64,000 bases of DNA from Felis catus (Eukaryota), in contig NC_058383.1 of assembly GCF_018350175.1 (NCBI RefSeq), forward strand, positions 40,672,001-40,736,000. Direction: 5' to 3'. Shown here piece by piece: positions 24,520-41,500 of this stretch (position 1 is the first letter of the stretch; each line of letters opens with the position of its first letter). A model generated the notes under the pieces. The model saw only the letters and a list, made by a program, of their open reading frames with translations. It ran no database searches and was not told the origin of the DNA. Both the position numbers and the translations under genes were made by a program.

Positions 24520-25232
24520 GAGGCCTCCGCGCCCGCCTTCTAGGCCCGCCACAGCCCGCACCCGGACTCCCGGGAAGGTCGTGTCCCGAGACCCCGGGGA
24601 CCACCCCCAAAACGCGGACGTCAGCCGTGGGGATGTGCCGGCGCCCATACAGAAACGAGCCTCAGAACCCCTAGCCAGGACAGGTGTGCTCGTCCTGACT
24701 GCCCGCTGCAGGAGGTCAGATGGTCCACAAGGTCCCAGAACCTCCCCACAGGCCCAGCTCTGCGAGCAGGGTGCTGGCCACTCCTGCCTTGTGGCCCAAG
24801 TGTGTGGGGGTTTCAGCCGGTCCCGTGGGCTGCACAAGGCAGAACAAAAGCAGGAGCCAGGCTCCCACTGAAGCCAGGCTCTGAAGGACACTGGTGGGCT
24901 GCGCCTGCCGGGCCGGTCAAACTTGGAGCCCAGTGTGAGGAGCCCTACCGCGCTGGATGGCGTAGAATGCTGGCAGGAGAAGGGCGCCCAGCCTGCGACA
25001 CCCCCTGCTGGGGTGCAGCACCTGCCCCACCTGGGACTGGGCACTGATGATGCCAGGCATGGCCTCTGGGACCTGACAGCTTGCGTTCTCTGGGCAGAAT
25101 TCCAGATGGGAAGCAGGCTCTGAGAGAGAGACCGCTGAGACTAGGCACAAAGTCCCTTCTCCACTTACAGGAGTGGGGGAGAGGACAGATCAGGCTGAGT
25201 CCACAGGCCTTTCCTTACCAAGTTCCAAGTCT

Positions 25233-25238
25233 AATAAA
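25233..25238 (+). terminator. Probable CIAO3 polyadenylation signal
   Basis: First AATAAA after the CIAO3 stop. Confidence 0.7.
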
Positions 25239-25306
25239 GGGATCTCTCTCCCGATGGTTTCTCTCTGAGAGCATCCACCAGCATCAAAAAAGAAGTCTTT
25301 CAAAGC

Positions 25307-25312
25307 TTTATT
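25307..25312 (-). terminator. Probable HAGHL polyadenylation signal
   Basis: TTTATT on + (AATAAA on -), ~265 nt past the HAGHL stop. Confidence 0.7.
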
Positions 25313-25576
25313 CAAAGTTCAAAAGCCCCGTGCACCCCACTAGGCTGCTTCCCAAACACCCAGGTCTCAGGGCTCACGTGCACCCCAGAGAGGGGCCTCA
25401 TATGTCCCCTGCCAGGGTGCCTACCCTCCAAAGCCAGACAGCCAGCTGGGTGGGGCCATGGAAGGTTCCAGACGCAACCCTCCTGTGGGCTCAATGTGCC
25501 GAGGGTTGAAGGAGAAGAGATGTGCTGCCGGGCCGCACGGTGGGTCCACTTGGGGCTCACTTCTGTTGGGGTGTGC

Positions 25577-27851
25577 TCAGGGCCCCCACTGCAGTGCCAG
25601 GAGAGCCCGGGCCTGCGGCTGCAGGGGCTCAGCCGCCCGCTCGAAGCTTGCCCGCTCCCTGCAGAGTGCCTCCAGGACCTCGGCCGGGGCCGCCTTCCCC
25701 GTGAACTTGCACACAGGCTCTTCTCTGCGGGGAGAGGGGGCGCCGTGGGGACTCTCCCTGGGGACACTGCCGGGTGGGTGCTGGCAGAGGACACTTAATG
25801 AGCAGCCTCTCCCTGGTGCAAGTCAGCCCAATAACCAGTTCCCTGGCACCTCCTGCAGAGCCCAAGTGGCTGCCGAGTCGGGCTCAAGGCCAGCAGGCCG
25901 ACCCTCAGGCAGCCTGCTCGGTGGGACAGCCCCTGGAGTGGGCACGGGGCCCCCGCAAGAAGGCCTGGGATGCCGACCAGTACTCACGCCACCCTTAGGA
26001 AGGGGTTGTAGAGGAGCTCCTCGCCCAGGGTGGATGGCACTGTGGGCATGTCGTCCTCATCCCTCTTCTGGAACGACCACAGGCCCTTGTCACAGCCTTG
26101 TCTTGAGAGCCCCAGACAACTCTGCTCCACTCAGCCCCGCCCCTTCCTGGGGGCAGGAGCAGAAGAAGGACTGCCTCCCCCCATCTAGTACTTGAGGGCA
26201 GCCACCCTTGGGTCAGTTCTGCCAGCTGCCCAGCCCTTTGTCCGAGGCCACCAATCCCTCCCCTCACCAACAGGAGCCTCAGTCAGCAGGATACTCAAGG
26301 CTAAGCCAGGTCTGATCACTCCAGGCCAGTCATGCCTGACTCCCCCTGCAGTGCCCCTCCTCCGTCCCAATCTTCATCCACCCTCCAAACCTCGCCATTC
26401 AGAGGAGTGGCCGCACCTTGGCCCATGACAGCTTGGCCCTCACGTGGTCATTGCCGGGCTCCACTTTCTGTGCAAACTCAAGGTTGCCCAGCGCGTGCTC
26501 GTGGCCACAGAACACCTTCTGGAGAAAGGAGGCACTCAGAGGGTGCACAGTGCTGCCACAGGCAGTGATGGGGGAAGGCGCTCACTGGGGCTGGCCTGGA
26601 CCCTCCCTGGACCCCAGAACCCCAGGCCTGATCTGCCTGGACTCCTTGGCTAAGGTTCACTCTGTATCCCTGGCACAAGGCAGGTACAGAGTGTGGAGGT
26701 TGTGCAGGGAGTCTGGACCCTGCAGGAAGGCAAGGGACGCCGGCTCACCGTCTCGGGGGGCAGCGTACCCAGGGTCTCGACCAAGCTCTGATACATTTGC
26801 TGAGCTGTGCTCTCCAGGCGCAAGCCACAGCCACCCACCGACAGCGCATCCCCTGGGGAGGAGAGCAGGTCAGGGAAGGTGGGGCGGGGTCAGAGGGAGG
26901 TGGGGCTGGTGGGGTGGGGCGACCAGTACCCGAGAACACCGCCGGCGGATCAGGGCAGTCCTCTTCCCATAGGAAGTAGCTCATGTGGCCGGAGGTGTGG
27001 CCCGGCGTCAGGAGACAGCGCACATGGATGGCCCCAAACTGCCGCAGAGGGGCAAGCGGCTGGTGACGCGGGAGGGCCCGCGGCGCCATTCCCACCCCCC
27101 ACCCCGCCCCCGGACCGGTGCTCACCCGCAGCTCCTCGCCGTGCACCAGCCTGCGGGTCAGCGCGCAGATGCGCTCGTCCGCGCCCAGCACAGCCAGCCC
27201 CGGCCGCAGCCGCGCCAGCTCCGCGTTACCCCGCGCATGGTCCCTGCGGACGGGGCGGAAGCAGGATCACAGGCGGGTCGGGGTGGGGCAGGGGCGATGC
27301 CCTCGCGCCTCGGCCCGCCCCGACCGCGCTCACCAGTGGTGGTGGGTGGTCAGCACAGTGGTCAGTGACACCCCCTCCCGGCCCACGATCTCCAGCAGCT
27401 GAAAGGGATGGGAGTTAGGGAGATTCGGCCGGGCCAGGTGGCCGCCCCCCACCCACGCTAGGGCGCCAGGTGTGATGTACACAGACTGCCGGGCAGGCCA
27501 GGAGCGGGTAGGGGTAGGGGAGACCCAGCAGACGATATCTGAGCGCCCCGTACGTACAGAACAGTTAGGCACCAGGGAACGGGGAAAACGGAGGTGACGT
27601 GGTCCTAACTTGAGGGCAGACTCAAGATTAGAGAATAGGGGAAAGGCCTGCTCCAACCAGGGTGGTTGGGGTGGTGGGGGCACCCTCGGGGGCCAAGTTG
27701 CCTAGGCCCGCAGCGGCGCTCCCCACCGCCCACAGGTTGCCCTCACCCTCTTGGGCACGGCCACGTCCACGGCCACAGCCTCCCGCGTGTGCTCCTCGAT
27801 GACCAGGTACATGTAGTTATCCTCGAGCACAGGGATGACCTTGACCTTCAT
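25577..27851 (-). CDS. HAGHL: Hydroxyacylglutathione hydrolase-like protein (metallo-beta-lactamase fold); 8 coding exons, 276 aa as read
   Basis: Exons 27851-27747, 27398-27334, 27243-27126, 27038-26930, 26852-26749, 26518-26417, 26067-25988, 25724-25577. Starts MKVKVIPVLEDNYMYL; THHHWDH metal motif, TPGHTSGH, FSGD, CGHEH. Confidence 0.97.
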
Positions 27852-27949
27852 GGTCGCAAAGTCCAGGCACCCCGCGTCTTCTCCTAGAGAGGCCCCCCCC
27901 CGCTTCTGAGCCCCTTCCCCTGGGCGGGGGCTTCCCTCAAAACAGGGCT

Positions 27950-28800
27950 GGGCGAGGGAGGGGTCAGCTCCACACACACTTCAGGGGCCAGAAAGGGAGC
28001 CCGCCCCCTGCTCCGTGGACTTCCCGGAGGACCGGTGCGGAAGCCAACACCCCAAGCTCAGGCGGTCCGGCCAAGTGCGGAGGCCAGCCCCCAGCGACGC
28101 CAACGCCGCCGCCGCCCGCTGCGCAGGCCCCGCCCCCCGCCGCGGGCCCGGTCCCCGCGACCGCACCGCCTGTTCCACGCTCAGGCCACGCCCCTCGCGA
28201 CGATACGACCTCCCCAGCCCCGCCCCACTCACTCCGCCTTCCCCTTGAGCCACGCCCTCCCGTGCCGCTCAGCGCTCTGCCTAAGCCCCGCCCCTCGTCA
28301 AGGCCCCGCCCCTCTCCAGGCCCGCCCCGCCCCTCAGGCCCCCCTCCCGTCACGGCGCGACACGGGTCCCGAAATGTTCCCCTTACCCGCAAGGGCTGCG
28401 CCCCCCCGACTGCGCGGACCGCTTGAGAGACAGCGGGACAGAGATGGGCCCAGGGCACTATCCACAGGGCCCGAGCGGAGCGCGGCGCTCCGCCTGGCCA
28501 CCGCCAACGGCCCGCGCCCCGGCGCAGGGAGCAAGCGTGCGCAGGCGGGGGCGCGCGCGTGCCCGGTGGGGGCCGCACGCACGTTCGGCCCCGCCACGCG
28601 GGGCGCTGCAGTGCGTCCTCCGCGAAGCCTTCCCGGCTCGGGAGCTGAGCCAGTCCTCTTGAGACCCCCAGCCCTTAACTGGAATGTCTGCGTCCCCTTC
28701 CCTCGGGCTGGTGGTGGGAGAATCTGCAGTTTGTTCGCCTGCCCCTCCCAGCGTCCGACCAGAAACAGCAGGCACACAGGGGGCGCCTGCTGAGTGTGTG
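27950..28800. promoter_or_regulatory. CpG island between the divergent HAGHL and CCDC78 genes
   Basis: CpG dense, with multiple GC boxes (CCCCGCCCC) at 28218-28333; head-to-head gene arrangement. Confidence 0.8.
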
Positions 28801-29191
28801 AACCCCCACGGTAAAGCAGGGCACTCTGCGAGAGAAAAACGGTAACAGCAGTGGTCACTCTGTCTCACACCTTCCCAGGCTGGGCGCTCTCATGCACTCC
28901 TGGTTCCATCTGCGCCCAGGATAAATGCAGCGGTGCTGGTCTGCATTTCGGAGAGGAGAAAACGGAAACCAAAAAGGATGGACCATGGAATGAGCTGAGA
29001 GAGGCCCCCTCCCCATCTCCTCAGCCACCACCGAACTTCCCCTTCCCGACTGCCCTCGTGGGTGGGGCCCTCAGAGACCGGGGACGAGTAGGAGACCAAC
29101 AGAGGACTTAGCAACGCCCCAAGCCTCTGTGTTGCAGCAACAGGCCAGTAGGCAAGGTGGCACTGCACTTGGGCCAGACTTCCTTTTGCTT

Positions 29192-33226
<4,035 letters not shown>

Positions 33227-33358
33227 CCAGCTGTCAAATGCACTCAGCAGAACTCTTCGCAGCCGGCATGGAACCCTCCTCACAGCACCCCCTTGCGGGC
33301 AGGGGTCATGCCACCCAATCCTCCACCTAACAAGAGTCAGTACGTGTAGTCCAGAGTC

Positions 33359-33364
33359 TTTATT
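33359..33364 (-). terminator. Probable ANTKMT polyadenylation signal
   Basis: AATAAA on the - strand, 12 nt after the stop. Confidence 0.7.
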
Positions 33365-33376
33365 GTGTCCAAGTGG

Positions 33377-34697
33377 TCAGCCAACCTGAGAACGGGGGGC
33401 CCCAGGGACTGAGGCAGAACTGGGTTCCGGGGAAGCCTGACCGTTTGGCCCACCACTATGGACATCATAGGCCCAGACACGGTCCAGACCCTCCCCCATC
33501 ACAGCCACAGGCTGCCAAGTGGGGAGGGGGAAGCGCCCCGACACCACTCGGGCCCCTGCGGGCAACTCTGCCCGCAGCTTGTCTTCCAGCAGGGGGAGCT
33601 GTGGGAGAGAGAGCAGGAGGGAGGACAGGGTGGGCAAGGTTGAATACAACTGCCCCTGCCCAGCTCCTCCAGGCCCAACCCCTCCACTGAGGGTGGCCCG
33701 GGCCTCCCCTGGGGCTAGCAAACCCCAGACCTACCACGCTAGGGGCCAGGAACACAGACACGTTGTGGCAGTCCCTCAGGCTCACCTGCAAGAAGAGGTC
33801 ACCCCAGCAGGGAGCGGGGCCCCAGCCGAGGAAGAGGTGTGGTGAGCTTGGGGTAACTGTGGCTTCCAAGTCCTGGCCCCAGCCCACGCGGTGCAGGCAG
33901 GGGAATCTGGGGTTATCAGCAGGGTGGCCAACCCAGAGCTGGAAGTGTGGAGACCAGGCGTGGGGGCTCCTGGGGGTCCGGGACTCCCTGGGTTACCTTC
34001 CAGAGGTCCTCACGCAGGTAGCAAACACTGCCGGCACAGCCTGCTCTCCACGCGTGCAGCCGGGCCAGCCCCACTAGCCACGGGTTCAGCTCGTAGCCCA
34101 CAGCCGGGCGGAGACCGCACTTATGAGCAGCCAGCACCTGTGGGCACACGCAACTGTGGGTCCAGAAGGTGGGGAGGTGCGCTGGCGAGAGGGGGAGACA
34201 AGGACACCCCCCCCCCGCATCCCACTCCTTACAATCCTGCCGTCGCCAGAGCCCAGGTCCACCGTCTTTCCAGGACGGCCTCGCAATAGCGACAACACGT
34301 GCTCCACCTGCCGCTCACTTGCACCGACATAGGGCACCTGGGCAAGGAGGCAAGCGGGGCTGGGTCCCCAAACCTGATCCCACCTTGGGGGGGGGGAGGT
34401 GAGACGCGCAGAGCTTGCCTCCTGAGCTTTCAAGGTCCCCACCCGCGGCCCGCCAGGGAGAGGCAGCGCCTCCCACTCACTGCGGGTTCGGCTCCGCCCC
34501 CGGACCCCGCCCCCAGCCATGGCCCCGCCCCGCACCTGCAGCCGCAGCGGCACGCGGCGGAAGCCAGGCTGCAGCAGCAGCGCCCACGCGATGTAGGCGA
34601 CCAGGCCTGAGCCCGCCGCCGCCTGCAGCAGCTCCAGCGCGCCCAGCCGCCGCTCGCGCAGCTCCGACAGCGCCTCGCCCGGGTCGTCCTGCTCCAT
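33377..34697 (-). CDS. ANTKMT: Adenine nucleotide translocase lysine N-methyltransferase (FAM173A); 5 exons, 226 aa
   Basis: Exons 34697-34536, 34337-34233, 34137-33997, 33785-33735, 33598-33377. Starts [10 protein letters not shown], followed by a TM segment; [14 protein letters not shown]; SAM motif [11 protein letters not shown]; GYELNPWL. Confidence 0.97.
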
Positions 34698-34739
34698 GAC
34701 GGGACCCTGGGACGCGCGCCCCAGGGTCGCCCCACCCGA

Positions 34740-35160
34740 AGGCCCCTCCCGGGCTCGGGTCGGACACCCTCACAGGCGAGCCGGAAGTCGGAGGAGGCCC
34801 TCCTCCCTGCCCCCTACCGGAAGTGGCGGGGCGCCGGAAGAGTGGGGGGAGCGCCGGAAGCGGCCTTCCACTCGCTTTCCGCCGCGGCCCGGCCCCCTTC
34901 CCGCGCGTTCCGGGTCCTACTGGGACGTCTGCGGCCCAGCCGGCGCATGCAGGGGACCCCTGGGAAGGGCAAGGCAGGCTTGGCCGGAGCCGGGGGCGGG
35001 GGGCGGCCGTGGAGCTTGGCGGGAAGGGAGCCCCGGGGTGTGGGGCGGCCCGAGCCGCAAGGCTGTCTCAGAGAGACTGGTGGAGGTCCCCGCCCACCGC
35101 GACACCCGAAGGCCAGCCAAGCCCGGGGGCGGGCTCAGGGAGGACACCCTCCCGGGTCCG
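34740..35160 (-). promoter_or_regulatory. ANTKMT CpG promoter with four ETS/GABP-type motifs
   Basis: CCGGAAG at 34781, 34817, 34834 and 34854. Confidence 0.75.
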
Positions 35161-38097
35161 TCCCACAGCTGAAGGCAATTAGCCCGAGTGGACAGGACGG
35201 GGAGGGTGCGGAGGAAGTTGGGAGCTCAGCTGAGAGGTAGGGTTGACCAGGAGATCTAGCTGACCCGAGAAGGCACATGTTGGCTGTGAGTGTGGTCGGA
35301 CGGGGGCCGGATATGAGTGGTCGAGCGACTGGCAGCCGGCCCAGCCACGGGAGTGGAAGAAAGAGCCCCAAGAGCTAGGCAGACCACCTTCCTTCTCCAA
35401 AAAAAAAAAAAAAAAAGAGTTCCCGGAGGTGACCTGGCAAAGCCTGGTGGGAGAAACAAATAGGGGGACAGAGCCCTGGGTCAGGTGGCAGAGCCAGAAC
35501 CTCCTCATCCCACCTTGAGTCTGGGTGAGATGTCTCATGAATGTTAGGGGCTTTCATGTACACAGGTCATGGCCTGGCTCCTTGGACATGGCCCTGGTCA
35601 GGAGCCTCAGCATCAGACAATATAAACATGCCCAAGACCCCTGCCCACACCTTCAGGTACACATCGCCTCACATGCCTGCCTGTACTTATCCCCAACTGG
35701 CCCCAGTCCTGAAAGACAGGCGCCTGTGGGTGGCAGGAAACTCCAGTGCCATGCTCCCAAGAAATGAGCACTGGGGAGGAGGGTCGGCCCCACGTGGCTC
35801 ACAGGATCCTGTCTCCTGTGGGACTGTCACTGGGCCCTCCCCAGAAAGAAAGTTTGTGCACTGGGCTCTAGGCAGTTGGGAGGGGGGGGGGTGGTTACAC
35901 AGTACCCCACCCTTGTGTGTTTTGTTCCTTGTTTTATTCCTAGGGCAGCACCTGGCACCTAGAAGGCACTCAATAAAAGCTGTTGACTGAATGAATGCAC
36001 GTAACCAGACTCCTCTGTGCACACACTCCACAACTCTCATGTTTACTCAGGTGCTCTGCTCCTCAGCACTTGGGCACGTACCTGTGTGAGTGCACATGCC
36101 CAGAGGTGCCCCACAGGCCAACTCCCTTAGCCCACAGCCCCCACATACATGCTCACCCACACCGTTTCCCCTTGCCCCCGCCCCCCAGGGCAGGCATGAA
36201 GCCCCTGGCCCAAGACTTTGGGGCATGACCTGGAGCACCCCAGGCCTCCTGTAGACCTGTTAGCCGCACCCACTTCTGCCCTTTCTGCGCCCTATGAAAA
36301 GAATACTAGTTGCAAAGTTAGCACTTTGCGGAGGGGGTGTGCATGGGAGGCTCAGGCACTTCCTGGGACAGGTGCGTAGAGACCAGTGTCCAACCAAGGG
36401 CTCAGCCCAGAGCAGCCGCCCTACGTTTTTGTGGGCAGGTGGTCTGGGAGGCAGTCCACAGTGACCCCTGGGTGTGGCCAGGGGCCTCCTTCCCATGAAA
36501 GGCTGTGGGGAACTGACCACAAAATCAGGACAGATACCAAGGATAAGGATAGCCTTGGAGAGGAAGCCGTCCTTGGGGCCTGGACAAAGCAGAAACCCCC
36601 CAGCAGAGGAGGAGGATCAGGAGAGTACACCCATCTCTTCCTCCTCTGGTCTTTGCCGAGATGCTCTTCGGTGAGGGGAAGGGGGCAGACAGGGATACGA
36701 CGCTCTGCAGTCCATGGGAAAGGTCCAGGCTGGAGATCAAAACACAGGGTCATCAGCACATTGATGGTTTTTGAAGCCACGAGGCTGCTCCAGCTCTCCG
36801 ATGAGGGAATATCAAGGGACAGGAGAGGTCTACTGCGTGACCCTGAGCACTCCATGGTTGAAAGTTTGGGGAGAAGGGAGCGGCAGTGAGCCTCAGGAGG
36901 GCAGGTGGCTGCAAACCCCTGGGAACCTGCCTCCCCGACCCACCACTGTCAGCCAAATCTGGAGGAAGGAGCCCTGTGTCTGGGCCCTGCACAGACCGGC
37001 CGGCCCCTCTTTTAGTCTCAGCTCCTGCCTGAAAGATGAGGCGGCCCCTGGCCTCCATGCCCACCGTCAGCTCCTTCCCCACTGCAGACTGGCAGATGAG
37101 GATGGGAAGCTGTTTCTGGGGCTCAGCCTGTGAGTCCAGGTGCCCCACCCCCACCCTGAGCTTTGGCTTCCTCAGGAATGCGTGGGGTTGGAGTGAGCAG
37201 AGTCAGCCAGTCCTGGTTCAGAAGCCCTCGCATGCACCCCCGCCCCAGGGGCATTCAGCCTCCGCACAGGGCTTTGTCCCAAACTGCCCTGGCCTTTTAT
37301 GTGACTGAGGCTGAAGAGGAAGGCCGAGGCAGCAACAATGGGGCCAGTGGCGGGAAATGGTCCTTAGAGACCCCATTGTATCACCCTGCCCTCCAGAAAC
37401 GGTGCCCGACCCTGCAGGGGAGACCCCGCTCCCGTGAGGATGAGCCATGTCCGGATGCTACGCACGTCTCAGGGCCCTCAGGACAGAGGGGGCCATTCTT
37501 CCCCGAGGATCGGACGGGGCCAGGATGACTCTGCTGGGCTCCCGGCGGACCACAGAGGGAAGTCTGGCATCCTGCCAGATTGCACCGCCTTCCCTCACAG
37601 GCTAGGAGTGCGGTCTTCCTGCCTGTCCCCCAGTAAAGGACCCCTCCCTCCTCAGACCTGGGGAGTTACAGCCCTTTTTCCGCTTGCGTTCTCACTTACG
37701 GAAGAACCTGGCCTCGAAGGTAGGAGCAGCAGAGCTGAGGATCACGTGGAAGGAAGGGTCCCTGCTTCCCCCCAACCCAAGCAGCAGCTCGCCTTCAAGG
37801 CATGGGCACGGGCCACTCTCCCACTCACTAGCTGGGTGGCCTTAGACAAGGCATCACTGCCCAGAGCCTCAGTGTCCTACTCCGAAGCAGAAATCGGAGC
37901 AGTGGGGCTGGGGGGGGGGGGGGGGGGGGCTTAGATGGCCCAGGCTCAGGCATGGGACACTCCATCTACGCTGGCTAATGACATCAGTGTTCCTATTGGT
38001 TGTGGCTATCACCTCAGAAGCAGCTGGGACCCTGAGGAGGCTGTCCCTCCCCACCCACCCTCTCCCAGCCCCTCCCCAGTGCCCTGCTCCCGGCCGC

Positions 38098-40099
38098 TCA
38101 GTCCAGTGCCACCTCACAGGGGCGGAGGTGGTCGGCGTGGGCAGCCGCATAGGCACGGCTGAATTCCTGGAAGCGGGGTGCACAGCCCAGCCAGGCCTCA
38201 CCAAAGCGGCTCCAGCCCATGAAGAGGAAGGCGCCGGGGCCAGGACGGACGCCGCAGCGCAGCGGGGTGTGAATGGAGGCCTGGCCCCCGGACTCCCCCA
38301 CCCGGAACAGCGGCAGCGTCTGTCGGAGGACACGGGCAGCTGCCACTGTGATAACAGATTCCTGCAGCTCTGTGTTGTGGGCAACCCCGCGGATGGTTCC
38401 GTTGATCACTGCGGGGAGACATGCTGCCAGTGGCTTGCGGGGCAGGGCAGGGCAGACCCCAGCCCCCACCCCCCTGCGGTGGGGACACTCACCAAAGTCG
38501 CTGGTGCACGCAGTCAGCAGGAGCTCGGCGTCGCTGCAGGGCCTACAGACACCTGGCATGAAGGGGGGATCCCGACTGTAGGTCCTGGCCTCTCCTGGAC
38601 CCCCCTAGGCCTCCCCCCAGCTAGAGGCAGGAGGGAGAGGGCAGGCCGCCAGACCCTCCCCTCACGGCCTGATGGCAACGGGGGACCTGAGGGAGCAGGC
38701 GGGCACACACATCTTGAAGACACGCTGTATTCGGGGTGACACTTGCACGCTCGTGCGGGCACAGACGTGGGCCTAGGGGCCGTGCCCAGTGCGTGGGCAC
38801 AGGGACTCGCCGACCTGCGGGGGGTGTCTGGGGGCACACTCCCGTACACCCATCTTACATATGCACACCAGCACAAGGGGACCCTGCGGCCCCCAGAGCT
38901 GCCTCCCGCCGCCCAAAGACACCAGCCCAACCTGGTGGGAGACAGGAGGGGCTTTGGAGTAGTTGGCCTGGGGCCAGGGTGCAGAACAGAAAGATCCCCT
39001 GTGGGGTCAGGCTTCAAGTTCTAAGAGAGTAAAGAGCTGGGCCTGGTGCCCTGCAGGGGGGGCAAGGCAGCGTCTCCATGGTGACCAGGCGCACACTGGA
39101 CTTTTTGTTGTACTGGACTGGGGGAGGGGAGGGAGGTCACTGCCGGGCCAGGGAGCCCCGGACAGCTTTGGCTGGAGGCTTTGGCTGGAGGCTTTGATTC
39201 CGTCCCGCCGTCTTCCCCTCCCCCAACCCCTCAGGGACCAGGAGTCCCCGTGGCCTCCCCTTTCCCCCATTCTGCCCAGTGCGAGCTCTTTCCCTAGGCT
39301 GAATCATGAGGGATTGCCCGCCCCCTTTCCAGACCCTCCGACCTGTCCTCGCTAGCTGTGTGGCCTCTGACAACCCATTTCGCTCTCATGCCTGTTGCTC
39401 TCCCTGTACAGTGGGGACGCCGGGTGCACCCCCCACCCAGCACATCACTCACCATCGGCACCAAGACCGTGGGCCTGTGGAGGCAGCTCTGGGTACCTGT
39501 CCTCGTGCGTTTCGAAGCGGAAGGAAGCCACGCGGCGGCTGATGTCTGGGTGCGGGGTGGCCTGCAGGAAGAGGGCCCGGCGCTCACGGGGACCCCAGCG
39601 CACGCACCGGCCCCCCGCCGGGCCCAAACCCTCGGCCAGCAGCAGCTCCAGGGCGCCGCCCGCCCGCTCCGCGAAGACTTGGGCGCCTGCGAAGGACCGC
39701 GCGGGCCGCAGGCAGGCGATGCCCGAGCGCGTGCCGGAGCCGGAGCCGGCCAGGGTCAGGCGCAGCGCCCCGGCCGGGTACAGCCACTGGATCACGCCCT
39801 CCGAGCAGGCCAGGGACAGCTGCCCCACGCTTCCCGGCTCCTGGGTCAGGCCGCTGGGGACAGGACGGGAGGCGCTGAGGCAGGCGGCCCGCGTCCCCAC
39901 CCGGCACGGCCCGCTCGCCCTGCACCCTCCCCCGCAGCCAGCGGCAGCTGTGTCCACTTTGTTCTCCGGACCCCGGGGGCGCGGCCTTGGGGGGGTCGTA
40001 CCTGCCGCTCCAGCTGCAGCCGTCCCCCGAGTAGCCGGCGTGGGTGGCGGTGGCCAGGAGGCCCCAGCAGAGCGCGCAAAGCAGAGCACGGGGCGGCAT
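38098..40099 (-). CDS. METRN: Meteorin, secreted glial differentiation regulator; 4 exons, 289 aa
   Basis: Exons 40099-40002, 39853-39453, 38552-38493, 38408-38098. Signal peptide; CSW.GSGLTQEPGSVGQL; WLYPAGALRL; CRPCSDAELLL; GCAPRFQEF. Confidence 0.97.
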
Positions 40100-40500
40100 G
40101 ACGCGGGCGGGCGGGCGGGGCGGCGGCGGGAGCCCCCGGGTCGCCAGCCGGCCCCGCGCACCCCTCCGCCCGCGCCGCGCGGCAGCGGGGCAGTCCCGCC
40201 GGGTCCCGGGAGGCCGGGAGGTGGCGGGCCGGGCGCAGCCAATCGCGGCGCGGCCCAGGAACTTTCCACCAATCGCAGCGGCGCTCGCGGGAGGCGCGGA
40301 GGGCCGAGCTCGGGGCTCTGTGCGCCGTGTCCCCCCAGCTCGGGACCCCCGACCCCGGCCTCGCCGTGTGCGCCCATGTCCTGGAGCCCCGGGCCGGGAT
40401 AGGGGTGGGAAAGGCGCCCACTGGAGCCTCGGGGCGGGGGGCGGGTGGTGGGGTGCTGTGGGGCGGGGGGGAGGGGAGGAGGAAGGGCGGCTCATCTCGG
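40100..40500 (-). promoter_or_regulatory. METRN CpG-island promoter
   Basis: Twin CCAAT boxes at 40239 and 40269 (30 bp apart) plus GC boxes. Confidence 0.75.
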
Positions 40501-41300
40501 TGACCCTTTCCAAGAGTGGGCCCTGGGCTTCCAGCTCCCATCGTGCCCCGACCTGGCCCTGCTGATTCGTCCCAAGAGGTGCCCACAGAACCCCCAAGGA
40601 TGAGGGGCCCGATGCTAGGCGTGTGGGCACCACGGAAAACCAAGAGCCAAAGGACAGCCCTGAGCCCCAGAATCAGGAGGTCCAGACAAACTGAAATGGG
40701 GCTAAAACCAAACACCCCAGGGTGCGTGTGGAGGCTGTGTGTGGGGAGGAGGGGAGCCCAGAGATTTCCTGGGAGCGAGGACTTCCTCTGCGTAGAGGGG
40801 ATGGGGAACAGATGGCCAGGTAGGGCCTGGAGAGGATTGCAGGTGTGGGGGGAGGGGGGAAGCAGACTGCCCTGGCAAAGGCCCAGAGCTGGGTGAAACC
40901 CCTGAGTCAGATCACAGAGGCTCTAGGCACAAAGCCAGGAGTCCAACCGCGTACTCCAACCCTTGGGGCCACTGAGAGCTTTTAACCAGGGTCTGCAGGT
41001 AACAATATAGACTCTCTGCCATCTGTGGATGTGAACCCTCCACACCACTGCCCCCCACTCAGCCCTCCAGCTACTCCTGAGCCTGAAGGGCATGGCTGGC
41101 ACATGAGGGAGGTGGTCCCAAGGGGAAAGGGGACACACCCCAGGGCACAACAGGCCCCTGGCTCCAGGCAAGGTGGAGTGAAAACCAACTATCGCAACAG
41201 CCAAGAGGCGGAAGGAACCTAAGTGTTTACAGACACAGGAAAGGATAGACAAAATGTCCATCCAACAGTGGACTGTGATTCCACCTTAAAAAGGAAGGAG

Positions 41301-41500
41301 GGGCACCTGGGTGGCTCAGTCGGTTTAGCGCCAACTTGGGCTCAGGTCATGGTCTCATAGTTCATGAGTTCCAGCCTCAGGCTCTAGGCTGACAGATCAG
41401 AGCCTGGAGCCTGCTTCACATTCTGTGTCTCCCTCTCTCTCTGCCCCTTCCCTGCTCATGCTGTGTCTCTCTCTGTCTCAAAAATAAATAAACATTAAAA
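41301..41500 (+). mobile_element. Can-SINE inside an old L1M fragment (~41190-41540)
   Basis: SINE head and tail are present, with flanking L1 3' motifs. Confidence 0.88.

Noticed and set aside
37910-37929. Poly-G runs (also ~18604, 43660, 54150) as G-quadruplex elements
   Set aside because: Common in this GC-rich region and unreliable in length; no specific function is supportable.
39358-40715. Long ORFs around METRN
   Set aside because: They are METRN exons read through introns, or antisense shadows of them.
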